Shown one piece after another: positions 55,235-64,000 of a DNA stretch of 64,000 nucleotides. The notes beneath the pieces are model-generated. The model was given only the letters and a program-made list of their open reading frames with translations. It did not search any database and had not been told where the DNA came from. The stretch spans positions 1,504,001-1,568,000 of the forward strand of contig CAVUDW010000003.1 of the NCBI GenBank assembly GCA_963740355.1, written 5' to 3'. The DNA comes from an uncultured Gemmatimonadaceae bacterium (GTDB lineage Bacteria; Gemmatimonadota; Gemmatimonadetes; Gemmatimonadales; Gemmatimonadaceae). Numbering within the stretch: the stretch's first letter is position 1; each line of letters starts with the position of its first letter. The position numbers and the translations under genes were made by a program.

Positions 55235-56617
55235 TCAGTACTCCTCACGGGAATCGTCGTTCGTTGCACCATCAACAGGCGCATCCACGAGTCGCTGCAG
55301 GCGCTGCCGACTGATGCCCAGTCGCCGCGCCGCCTCGCTCTTGTTTCCATTGCAACGCTCGATCATGGCCAGCCCTGCACTGCGCACCAGCACACCCAGT
55401 GTGGACGGCCAGTCCAATTCGCCCGCTTCCACGGCGCTGCGCTTCACGGCCAGGCGCGCGTCGTCAATCGCCACGTCCCCGGCCTCGATTACATCGCCAT
55501 TTGACACCAGCATCGCGCGCTCGATCACGTTACGGACCTCGCGCACGTTCCCGGGCCAGGTGCGCGAAGTCAGCGCGTGGATGGCCCCCTCGGACAACGT
55601 TGGTACCGGGGAGATGCCGTACTCCTTCGCAAATCGACGCACGAACGCACTCGCCAGCTCGATCACGTCCTCCATTCGCTCGCGCAGCGGCGGAAGGACG
55701 ATGGGCATTACGTTCAAGCGATACCACAAGTCTTCACGGAACTCGCCGCGCGCCACCGCGCTATGCAAGTCGACATGCGTGGCAGCAATGATCCGCACGT
55801 CGAAGCCGATGCTTCGTGTGCCGCCCACGCGCCGCAGCGTACGCTCTTCCAGCACACGCAAAAGCTTGCCCTGCAAGACGAGTGGGAGGTGCCCGATTTC
55901 GTCCAGAAACAGTGTGCCGCCGTCGGCCAGCTCGAAGAGACCTGGCTTGGCCGTGCGGGCATCGGTGAATGCACCGGCCTCATGGCCGAACAGTTCACTC
56001 TCGAGCAGCGTCTCCGGAATCGCAGTGCAATTCACCTCGACGAACGGTTGGGTGGCGCGTGGCCCATTGTAGTGAATGGCACGCGCGAATAGCTCCTTGC
56101 CCGTACCCGTTTCCCCGGTCAGCAGTACGGTGACATTCTGCCGCGGAATCACGCGACTGGCGACGGCCATCACGTTCCGCAACGCCGCACTCGAGCCGAG
56201 GATGCCGTCGAAGGTGTACTTGCGCCCTTCTCGCGCAGCAAACGCCGAGCCGGCGAGCGCCTCGGACTGCTGACGCGCGGCGTCATCGATCCAGCTCCGC
56301 AGGGGCTCGAGGTCGCCAGGCAGCGCAAAATACTCCTTCGCTCCCGAGCGCAGCGCACGCACCGCCACGCGATAGTCGATCGTACCGCCAACCATTGCGG
56401 CAGTGCCGAGCGACGTCTGCCGGCCCACCGAGGCGATTGCCTCCATTTCCACACCACCCGCGGCGTGCACTGTGATCGTATCCCGCCTCGCCGCATGCAA
56501 TTCCAGCAGCTCCGGCGACGCCTGCGCCATCTCGAGCGACAGGCCAGACGCTGTGGCCAATTCGGGCCACAGCGCCTCAAACGAGTTTGACCACTGAAAG
56601 ACAACGAGCGATGTCAC
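55235..56617 (-). CDS. Sigma54-dependent activator with degenerate receiver domain (copy A)
   Basis: GETGTGKE, GAFTDA, LFLDEI, WPGNVREV, HTH; GTG start chosen by alignment to copy B. Confidence 0.95.
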   Translation of the reverse strand: MTSLVVFQWSNSFEALWPELATASGLSLEMAQASPELLELHAARRDTITVHAAGGVEMEAIASVGRQTSLGTAAMVGGTIDYRVAVRALRSGAKEYFALPGDLEPLRSWIDDAARQQSEALAGSAFAAREGRKYTFDGILGSSAALRNVMAVASRVIPRQNVTVLLTGETGTGKELFARAIHYNGPRATQPFVEVNCTAIPETLLESELFGHEAGAFTDARTAKPGLFELADGGTLFLDEIGHLPLVLQGKLLRVLEERTLRRVGGTRSIGFDVRIIAATHVDLHSAVARGEFREDLWYRLNVMPIVLPPLRERMEDVIELASAFVRRFAKEYGISPVPTLSEGAIHALTSRTWPGNVREVRNVIERAMLVSNGDVIEAGDVAIDDARLAVKRSAVEAGELDWPSTLGVLVRSAGLAMIERCNGNKSEAARRLGISRQRLQRLVDAPVDGATNDDSREEY

Positions 56618-56683
56618 GTGATGGCTGAACGTCTGACGGTTGCACCGGGTGCAGCGCGAGATCGCGGCACCCGGTGCACGCAA

Positions 56684-57508
56684 TCAAGGCTGTCCCTGTC
56701 GGCTACGCTCGCGACCGCGACCTGAGTCTTCCTTTCCGTCGCGGTTCCGATCGCCGAAGGCATCGAAAGATGTCACGATGTTCTGCTCGATGCGTGATTG
56801 GTTCTCAACCGTCGGTGCGAGCAATCCGCCGGTCTCGCCCCGGAACCAGCGGCCGAGATCGAGCGACACCGTGATGTTGTCGTTGACACCTGCCTCGACC
56901 AACAGCGCAGGCTCAAACTCGAACTCCACTTCCGCCTCGACGTGACTGACGAAGGTGAACGGCACGCCACGATACGTCCCCGTGACGCGAACCGTCACGT
57001 CACGGAACTCGGGGTGCTGCGCCACGAACAGGCTCTCGGCAGCCGACGCACTGCTCCCGGTGCGCACTTTGTCGAGCTCGAACTCGATCTCACGATACGA
57101 TCCTGCGGGGATCGCGACTGCCAGCTTCGACGCGCCAGTGCTGTCGAGCGGCACGTCGAGCAGCATGGGGCCGAGATCGAGGCGAGAGCAGCCGCGTTCA
57201 TCGGAGCTCCGCTCACGATTGGGGCTGACGGGAATGCTGTCCGGGCACGCCGCGACGTCCGCGCGGCGGAGTTCAACGTTGCCCAGAACCAGTTGGACGG
57301 TGGAGATCTTCAGCGTATCACCCGCAGCGCCGACCAGGATTGACTGTCCTGCCGCGTTGGTCGCCAGCGCACCCGTGCTGGCAAATGAGACAGAGAGACT
57401 GGTGGCACCACCACCAGAAGCGAGCGGATCCGTGCCGCACGCTGCCAGGGTTGAGAGGAGCGTGACCGGCATCCAGACGCGGCGTCGCGAGAGGGAGCGG
57501 ATGTTCAT
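56684..57508 (-). CDS. Lipoprotein of unknown function (copy A, first gene)
   Basis: Lipobox LAAC; GCSRLDLGPMLLD shared with copy B; DRNRDG. Confidence 0.82.
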   Translation of the reverse strand: MNIRSLSRRRVWMPVTLLSTLAACGTDPLASGGGATSLSVSFASTGALATNAAGQSILVGAAGDTLKISTVQLVLGNVELRRADVAACPDSIPVSPNRERSSDERGCSRLDLGPMLLDVPLDSTGASKLAVAIPAGSYREIEFELDKVRTGSSASAAESLFVAQHPEFRDVTVRVTGTYRGVPFTFVSHVEAEVEFEFEPALLVEAGVNDNITVSLDLGRWFRGETGGLLAPTVENQSRIEQNIVTSFDAFGDRNRDGKEDSGRGRERSRQGQP

Positions 57509-57567
57509 TTGAAAGCCTCGACAGTAGAAGTTTGCCGACACCAGATTCGATGTCACTGTAGAGCTAG

Positions 57568-57582
57568 GCAACTGAAATGCCA
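57568..57582 (-). promoter_or_regulatory. Sigma54 -24/-12 promoter (copy A)
   Basis: Minus strand TGGCATTTCAGTTGC, near consensus TGGCAC-N5-TTGC. Confidence 0.85.
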
Positions 57583-57605
57583 CGGCAATTCGACTCGAGG
57601 CCAGC

Positions 57606-57634
57606 AATCAAGTCGTTGCGCCACAACGTTTTAC
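57606..57634. promoter_or_regulatory. IHF-like site(s) (copy A)
   Basis: AATCAAGTCGTTG is an exact WATCAANNNNTTR match; ACAACGTTTTAC follows. Confidence 0.65.
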
Positions 57635-57687
57635 GCGAATGCGACGCTCGCCGGCCATTGCCTGAGGTTGTTGCGAAATCATACGGC

Positions 57688-57704
57688 TGTACCATTTTGG
57701 TACA
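57688..57704. promoter_or_regulatory. Palindromic upstream activator site (copy A)
   Basis: Perfect TGTACCA-TTT-TGGTACA, NtrC-box-like, 106 bp from the -24 box end. Confidence 0.75.
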
Positions 57705-57890
57705 ACCGCATTGGATCGGCCGGTTTCGGCAAGCACTCGAAAACAGTCGCGCCACTCCCCGTTCGCGCGTCACCGATCTCTCGTCCAGAGCCCCCGATCT
57801 CAGGGATGCCCGAGACCGGGTGGAGGGCGCGGATGACGTACATTTCCGCCGCGCGAGCCCGCGCCTCCTCCTGACCGACTTCCAGAGATC

Positions 57891-58820
57891 ATGACCGCTT
57901 CGTCCACGTTCACGGTGGGCCTCGTCCAGATGGCCGTCACCGGCGACCGTGCCACCACGGTGACCGCCGCGATCGAGAAGATCCGCGAGGCGGCCGCCCG
58001 TGGCGCACAGATCATCTCCCTGCAGGAGCTGTTCAACGCTCCGTACTTCTGCAAATCCCTGAAGCTGGAACGCTTCGACATCGCGGAGCCCATTCCCGGG
58101 CCGACCGTCGAACTGTTGCAGGGCGTCGCGCAGGAACTCGGCGTGGTGCTGGTGGTGCCGATCTACGAGAAGCAGGCACCGGGTCTGTACAAGAACTCCG
58201 CCGCCGTCATCGACGCCGACGGTGCGCTGCTTGGCACGTATCGCAAGATGCACATCCCGCACGACCCGATGTTCGAGGAGAAGTACTACTTCACCCCCGG
58301 CGACGTCGGCCCCGATCTGCGCACGGATAAGCATCCGGGCGTGAATGGGTTCCGCGTCTGGCAAACGAAATTTGCGAAGATCGGTGTGCTCATCTGCTGG
58401 GATCAGTGGTATCCGGAAGCCGCTCGCATCACCGCCATGCTCGGTGCCGAGGTGTTGTTCTATCCCACCGCGATCGGTTGGCACCCCGCCGAGAAGGCGA
58501 CGTTCGGTGCGGCGCAGGTCGATGCGTGGCGCACGGCACAGCGGGCGCACGCGATCGCGAACGGTGTGTTCGTGGCGGCCGCCAATCGTGTCGGATTCGA
58601 GCCCGAGCCCGGCACGGATGGCCTCGAGTTCTTCGGCAACTCGTTCATCTGCGATCCCATCGGTCGCTACCTGACGCAGGCGGGCACCGATCCCGAAGTG
58701 CTCATCGCGACCTGTGATCGTGCCCTGATCGAGGACACCCGTCGCAACTGGCCGTTCCTTCGTGATCGCCGCATCGATGCCTACGCACCCATCACCCAGC
58801 GGTGGCTCGGTGGCGCCTGA
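57891..58820 (+). CDS. aguB: N-carbamoylputrescine amidase (carbon-nitrogen hydrolase)
   Basis: LQELF, YRKMHIPHDP, ICWDQWYPE; adjacent to agmatine deiminase. Confidence 0.88.
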   Translation: MTASSTFTVGLVQMAVTGDRATTVTAAIEKIREAAARGAQIISLQELFNAPYFCKSLKLERFDIAEPIPGPTVELLQGVAQELGVVLVVPIYEKQAPGLYKNSAAVIDADGALLGTYRKMHIPHDPMFEEKYYFTPGDVGPDLRTDKHPGVNGFRVWQTKFAKIGVLICWDQWYPEAARITAMLGAEVLFYPTAIGWHPAEKATFGAAQVDAWRTAQRAHAIANGVFVAAANRVGFEPEPGTDGLEFFGNSFICDPIGRYLTQAGTDPEVLIATCDRALIEDTRRNWPFLRDRRIDAYAPITQRWLGGA

Positions 58821-58830
58821 TCACGGACGG

Positions 58831-59913
58831 ATGCCACACGTGACACCGCTCACGTCGCCCACACGTCGCATGCCGGCGGAATGGGAGCAGCACGCGGCGA
58901 CCTGGCTGGCGTGGCCGGTGCACGAACCCGACTGGCCCGGCAAGTTCGCGCCGATCCCCTGGGTGTATGCGGAGATCGTCCGTGTGCTGGCGCAATACGA
59001 GCGAGTGGATGTGCTCTGCAACGACGCGCATGTCCGAGAACAGGCGCGCGAGATGCTGGCCGCACATTCCGTCAATCTCGACAATGTGCGACTCCATGTC
59101 GCACGCACCGATCGCGTCTGGGTTCGCGATTCGGGGCCCACCGGTGTGCACCGACCCGACGGTTCGGTGGAGCTGGTGCAATGGGGCTTCAACGCGTGGG
59201 CGAAATACGAGAACTATCTGCACGACACGCAGGTGCCGGAGCATGTGGCAGAGTTCACCGGCCTGCCGATCACGCGGGCACAGCGCGCCGATGGCAACGG
59301 GGCGCTCGTCCTCGAGGGTGGTGGCATCGAGGTGAACGGCCGCGGGCGCATTCTCGTCACCGAGGAATGGCTGCTGACGGACCTCCAGGTACGCAATCCT
59401 GGGTTCGGGCGCGCCGACTACGAGCGTGCGTTTGCGGAATGGCTTGGCTGTCCCGAAACGATCTGGCTCGGTGAAGGCTGCGTTGGAGACGACACACACG
59501 GCCACGTTGACGACATTGCGCGCTTCACCAGCGGCGACACCGTGCTGCTGGCCGTCGAGCGCGATCCAATGGACGACGAAAACCATCGCCGATCCATCGA
59601 CAACCTGCATCGCTTGCAGCGGGTGGGCGGCGCTGCGGGGCCGCTCCGGGTGATCGAGCTGCCATACCCGCGAGCGGTGATGATGGACGGCGTGCGCTTG
59701 CCAGCGAGTTACGCAAATTTCTACGTCGCCAACGGCGTGGTGATCGTTCCGACGTTCAACGATCCGAACGATCGCGTGGCCATGAACATCATCGCCGACT
59801 GCTTCCCGGGTCGCGCCATCGTCGGCATTCACGCCGTCGACCTGGTGTGGGGTCTGGGCACACTGCACTGCCTCACACAGCAGCAACCAGCGGCGCGCAA
59901 CTCGCACCGCTGA
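58831..59913 (+). CDS. aguA: Agmatine deiminase
   Basis: MPAEWE, WVRDSGP, LEGGG, DTHGHVD, SYANFY, GTLHCLTQQ. Confidence 0.93.
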   Translation: MPHVTPLTSPTRRMPAEWEQHAATWLAWPVHEPDWPGKFAPIPWVYAEIVRVLAQYERVDVLCNDAHVREQAREMLAAHSVNLDNVRLHVARTDRVWVRDSGPTGVHRPDGSVELVQWGFNAWAKYENYLHDTQVPEHVAEFTGLPITRAQRADGNGALVLEGGGIEVNGRGRILVTEEWLLTDLQVRNPGFGRADYERAFAEWLGCPETIWLGEGCVGDDTHGHVDDIARFTSGDTVLLAVERDPMDDENHRRSIDNLHRLQRVGGAAGPLRVIELPYPRAVMMDGVRLPASYANFYVANGVVIVPTFNDPNDRVAMNIIADCFPGRAIVGIHAVDLVWGLGTLHCLTQQQPAARNSHR

Positions 59914-59937
59914 TTGGAGCACCGGCCCCGCCCGTCG

Positions 59938-60462
59938 TCACTCCGGCGGGCGCGGACCGAACGGCTTCTTGACCGGGATCGAATCCAGCGGCGGGACAGT
60001 GGCCCGATCGAGCAGTGGATTCTTGTGGGCAATGAAGCCGGCTTCGTAGGCTGTCTTCACCGTGGCAGCCGACGCCGCGAGCGCCGTCACGACAACCGCG
60101 CCACGCAGCCACGATGGCACGACGGGCAGCTCGCCCGCAGGGCCCTTCGACGCCCGCCACAACGCGTAGGCCGCCACACCACCCGCCAGCAGCACGACGT
60201 AGAGCGCCTTCTCGGCCGCTTCCTCGTGTTCCTCGATGGCGTCGTGCTGCACGTACCATCGCTGCATGTCCTGATGCTCGGCGTTGCCACCGGTCCACTG
60301 CACCGGGTAGAACGAAATCCCGGCTACGACCAACGCCGCCGTCCCGAGCTGCCAGATCCAACGGCGCCGGATGAACGTGGCCAGAATGACGAACAGGGTT
60401 CCGAGCAGGCCGGCGAGGATCGGCACGTGGTTGATCATCAGGTGGATCGAAAGTGCGTCCAT
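59938..60462 (-). CDS. Membrane protein, DUF2231-like (His-rich)
   Basis: HLMINHVPI, TGGNAE, IEEHEE, GFIAH; four hydrophobic segments. Confidence 0.7.
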   Translation of the reverse strand: MDALSIHLMINHVPILAGLLGTLFVILATFIRRRWIWQLGTAALVVAGISFYPVQWTGGNAEHQDMQRWYVQHDAIEEHEEAAEKALYVVLLAGGVAAYALWRASKGPAGELPVVPSWLRGAVVVTALAASAATVKTAYEAGFIAHKNPLLDRATVPPLDSIPVKKPFGPRPPE

Positions 60463-60603
60463 TGGTCGGGGCTGGGGTGACGAAGGAGGAACTCTCTGCA
60501 GGATGGCCACCCACGTGTGAGTAGACAACCTCAACCGTGACGTCTGTATGGATGGGTTCGTCTGAGCCTTGCCAGCCTCATCCCCACCGCCCCGCCCCCT
60601 CGC

Positions 60604-61701
60604 ATGGTCTCCGTCCCGGTCCGCCGTCTGAGCGCCCTGCTCTGCTGCCTCGCGCTGCCGGCTTGCGAGCGGTCGTCGCTGATCCGCAGCGGCAACCTGC
60701 AGCTCGGGGCCGCCGGCGCCTGGGAAACAGCCTACGGCGAGATGGCCCATCGCGGCATCGAGCTGGCGGTGGAAGAGCTGAACAAGCAGGGTGGCCTCGA
60801 CGGTCGGCCCGTCAACGTGACATTTCGCGACGATCAGGCCGATGGTGGCATGGCGGCCGACATCGCCCGTGAATTCGTGGATGACCCGAAGATCGTTGGT
60901 GTGATCGGCCATCTCAGTTCCACAGCGATGGTGGCGGCGGCGCGCGTGTACGATGGCGCCCTGCCTGCCGTTTCTCCGTCCACCACTTCGCCCGACCTGA
61001 GCGGTGTGTCACGCTGGCTCTTCCGCCTCAATCCGAGTGACTCGGTCACCGGCCGCAAGCTGGGCGAAATGGCGCGCACGCAGTTCGGCAAGCATCGCGT
61101 AGCAGTGATCTACGACAACACCTCGTACGGGCGTGGCCTCGTCGAGCCATTCCTCGCTGGACTCGGCCAGACGCCCGTCGCACTCGAACCGATCGATCCA
61201 TCGGGCGACAGCATCGCCGTCAACGTGGCGGCCATCGCACGCGAAAAGCCCGACCTGATCTTCGCCGTCGGCACCGTCTCTGGTCCACCGGTCCTGAAGG
61301 CCCTTCGTGCTCAGGGCATCACCGTGCCGGTAATCGCTGGCGACGGATGGAGCGGCATCGAAAATGGCATGGAAGTCCACGACGTAATGATCGCGCTCCC
61401 CTTCAGCAGCACCGAGGAGCGCACCGACGCAAAGCGATTCGTGGCGGCGTTTCGTGCGCGCTACAAGGTCGATCCGGATGCCTATGCGGCGCTCTCGTAC
61501 GACGCGACGATCGCACTGGCGCGTGCAGCCGCTCGCGGCGGCACACGCGCCGGCACCCGCGAGGCACTCGCGACGATGCGCGACACGCAGGGCTACGCGA
61601 CCGGCGCCGTTCGCTTCTCGAAGACCGGCGACCCGATCGGGCGCAGCATGCACCTGCTGCGCATCGATGGTGCGACACGATCATTCGGAGTGATGCAGTG
61701 A
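60604..61701 (+). CDS. Branched-chain amino-acid-type (LivJ/K-like) periplasmic binding lipoprotein
   Basis: Lipobox [33 protein letters not shown]. Confidence 0.88.
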   Translation: MVSVPVRRLSALLCCLALPACERSSLIRSGNLQLGAAGAWETAYGEMAHRGIELAVEELNKQGGLDGRPVNVTFRDDQADGGMAADIAREFVDDPKIVGVIGHLSSTAMVAAARVYDGALPAVSPSTTSPDLSGVSRWLFRLNPSDSVTGRKLGEMARTQFGKHRVAVIYDNTSYGRGLVEPFLAGLGQTPVALEPIDPSGDSIAVNVAAIAREKPDLIFAVGTVSGPPVLKALRAQGITVPVIAGDGWSGIENGMEVHDVMIALPFSSTEERTDAKRFVAAFRARYKVDPDAYAALSYDATIALARAAARGGTRAGTREALATMRDTQGYATGAVRFSKTGDPIGRSMHLLRIDGATRSFGVMQ

Positions 61702-63590
61702 CCGAGACAGTGCAGCAGGTCTTCACCGCGAAGACGATCGGCGGACGGCTCCTGCGCGCATTCCTGGTGCTCGCGGTGTTGCTCTCCGGCGCAGGTGTCC
61801 TGGCCTACAACTCGCTTCATTCATCGGCCGCCACAGCCACCGATGCGCTGGAAGTGATCCGTCGCGACGCCCGACTGTCATCGTCATTGTCGGCCACTGT
61901 GGCCGAGGAAATTCAAGCGGCGAGTCACTACCTGCGCGATGGTGACGCTGCCGCGCTGGAGACGTTCCGGCGCCTGATGTTCGAGACTCATCGCATCACG
62001 CGTGCCATGAATCGCCAGGCGACGCGCGAGTCGGATCACATCGCGCTGGTGGCACAGGTGGACCGTGCGCTGTCGAGTGTCGAGGTCACTTACGCCCGCG
62101 CGCACCGGCACCTCGAGATGGGCGACACAGTCGCCGCACGCCGCGAAGAAGCTGCCGTCTCACCGGCGGTGCGCCAGTTGCTCGGCGGAATCGACCGACT
62201 TGGTTCACTGACGGAACGACAGGTCACGCTGGTTGCTGCAGAGATGCGCAGCGAGGCAGAGACGCGCGCCCTCGCGGTGCTGCTGGTGTTCGGCGGTGTG
62301 TTGATCGTTGGCACGTTGCTCGTCGGCGCCACGCTCCGCTCTATCAACGAGCCGTTGCACCAGCTGGTGGAACATGCCGATGCGCTCAGTCGTGGTGCCT
62401 TTGAAGCGCGTACCAGCGGTCGCATGCCCGGCGAGTTCGAGAAGATCGCGGCCGCGCTCAATGAGGCGGGCGCCTCGCTCGGCATCCTGCACACCGCCAC
62501 CGCGGCCACCGCCTCGGAGCTGGCAGGTTCGTCAAGCGAGCTGTCGCAGGTCAGCGATCGAATTGCGCACAAGGCAACCGAGGTCTCGCACGTGATGGAA
62601 AATGTCACGCGCGGCGCCGAGAACCAGGTTGGCATGCTGAAGAAGATCGACGCCGAGTTGGCCGCGAACGGTGAACGTGCGCTCGAGGTCCGTCAGGAGG
62701 CCGGTTCTGTTGCGGCACTCGCCGAGTCGATCGAGCGGGAGGCGATGGAGAAGCGCCAGACGATCGGGCAGGCGATGGCGGTGATGCTGGAGATCCGCAC
62801 GTCGGTGCAAACGGCCAGTCGCACGGCGGAATCGCTGCACGGCGTCACCGAAGGCATCGCGCAGTTCGTGACGTCGGTGGGCCGCATTGCCGAGCAGACC
62901 AACATGCTGGCCCTCAACGCCGCGATCGAGGCCGCACGTGCCGGCGATGCTGGGCGCGGGTTCGTGGTGGTGGCTGATGAGGTACGCAAGCTGGCCGAAG
63001 CCGCGCAGCGCGCAGCCGATGATGTCGCACGCCTCACCAACGCGATCACGGGACGCGTCAACGAGACCGTCAGCACCATGCAGCGCAGCGCTGGGCTGGT
63101 GGGTGAGATCGAGACCGTCGGTCGTGACGTGGGGACAGCACTCGAGAGCATCACTGCGTCGGCGGAACGGACGGTGGCGGCGGCCGCCAACCTGAGCCAG
63201 ATCGCCGCGCTCAACTCGACGCAGATGGCAAGCGTCCAGCAGTCACTGGGCGTCGTGGCAGCGGATGCCGTCGGCCATGCCACCAGCGCGCAGAAGGCCA
63301 ACGCGTCGGCGCAGGAACAGAGCGCTGCCTGTCAGCAGATGAGCGCGGCATCGCAGGTCCTGCATGGCCGCAGCAACCGGCTGCGTGCCCTGGTCGAGTC
63401 GCGCGGCGCCGTGAATACCACGCCTGGGCACACCGCAGAATTCATGACGACGAAGAAGCTCGAAGTGATGTCGTCTCCGCGGGAGGGTGGTACACCCACA
63501 CGCGTGACAGCGGTCACGCCGCTCAACAACCGCGTGTTGAACCGTGCACCGCAGACCAAGCAAGGGCCACCGGGCAAGCGGCACGCCTGA
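61698..63590 (+). CDS. Methyl-accepting chemotaxis protein
   Basis: Two TMs, [42 protein letters not shown]. Confidence 0.95.
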   Translation: MTETVQQVFTAKTIGGRLLRAFLVLAVLLSGAGVLAYNSLHSSAATATDALEVIRRDARLSSSLSATVAEEIQAASHYLRDGDAAALETFRRLMFETHRITRAMNRQATRESDHIALVAQVDRALSSVEVTYARAHRHLEMGDTVAARREEAAVSPAVRQLLGGIDRLGSLTERQVTLVAAEMRSEAETRALAVLLVFGGVLIVGTLLVGATLRSINEPLHQLVEHADALSRGAFEARTSGRMPGEFEKIAAALNEAGASLGILHTATAATASELAGSSSELSQVSDRIAHKATEVSHVMENVTRGAENQVGMLKKIDAELAANGERALEVRQEAGSVAALAESIEREAMEKRQTIGQAMAVMLEIRTSVQTASRTAESLHGVTEGIAQFVTSVGRIAEQTNMLALNAAIEAARAGDAGRGFVVVADEVRKLAEAAQRAADDVARLTNAITGRVNETVSTMQRSAGLVGEIETVGRDVGTALESITASAERTVAAAANLSQIAALNSTQMASVQQSLGVVAADAVGHATSAQKANASAQEQSAACQQMSAASQVLHGRSNRLRALVESRGAVNTTPGHTAEFMTTKKLEVMSSPREGGTPTRVTAVTPLNNRVLNRAPQTKQGPPGKRHA

Positions 63591-63686
63591 GGCTCGACGG
63601 TCGGAGATTCTGCATCACCACAACCAAAGCGAGGGCCATCCGACACTGTCCGGATGGCCCTCGCTTCGTTCGTCACCGCCGTGGCG

Positions 63687-64000
63687 CTACGCGGTGGCGT
63701 CCGGTTCTTTCGTCGTCTTCTTGCGCAGCTTGATGTTGAGCATCTCGGTGATGATCGAGAACGCCATCGCGAAGTAGGTATACCCCTTCGGAATGTGGAA
63801 GCCGGTGCCCTCGGCGACGAGGTTGGTGCCGATCAGGACGAGGAAGGAGAGCGCCAGCATCTTCACCGTGGGGTGTCGATCGACGAACGCACTGATCGGC
63901 GAGGCGGCCAGGAGCATGATGCCGAGCGCGATGATGTTGGCCCCCACCATGATCTCGATATGCGGCACCATGCCCACTGCCGTGATGACCGAGTCGAGAG
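63687..64000 (-). CDS. TerC family membrane protein, C-terminal part
   Basis: LDSVITAVGM, HPTVKMLALSFL, KGYTYFAMAFS. Confidence 0.9.
   Translation of the reverse strand, partial: LDSVITAVGMVPHIEIMVGANIIALGIMLLAASPISAFVDRHPTVKMLALSFLVLIGTNLVAEGTGFHIPKGYTYFAMAFSIITEMLNIKLRKKTTKEPDATA

Noticed and set aside
49437..57508. Module duplication as an assembly artefact
   Set aside because: The copies differ throughout at nucleotide and protein level while both remain intact

Overview
GC-rich bacterial chromosomal window; gene content and protein style suggest a Gemmatimonadota-like diderm (inference only). Most of it is housekeeping or accessory metabolism: ppa, hemB/hemC/hemD, ccmABC plus a short ccmD-like ORF, acs, DsbA, a TonB-dependent receptor, an M16 protease, psuG, kynureninase, acnA, aguB/aguA, a methyl-accepting chemotaxis protein and TerC. 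Six things stand out. (1) A tandem duplication (49.4-57.7 kb) of a four-gene module: lipoprotein, sigma54 activator with a non-phosphorylatable pseudo-receiver, second lipoprotein, TPR protein. Each copy has its own -24/-12 promoter, IHF-like site and 17-bp palindromic enhancer at identical spacing. (2) An IS110 element whose bridge-RNA guide segments can be read directly against its own ends and target, lying 6 bp from an IS3 element inside inverted REP-like repeats between hemC and hemB. (3) A 71-bp-period palindromic repeat array (not CRISPR) whose linkers carry the same IHF-like motif; its core recurs at 42.1 kb. (4) A sortase with an adjacent APNTG-tailed substrate in an apparently diderm genome. 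(5) A patatin-ferredoxin fusion. (6) A ketosynthase/cyclase/methyltransferase/flavoenzyme cluster with no ACP. All calls come from reading motifs by eye; no database searches were run, and several start codons are my adjustments of the ORF track.
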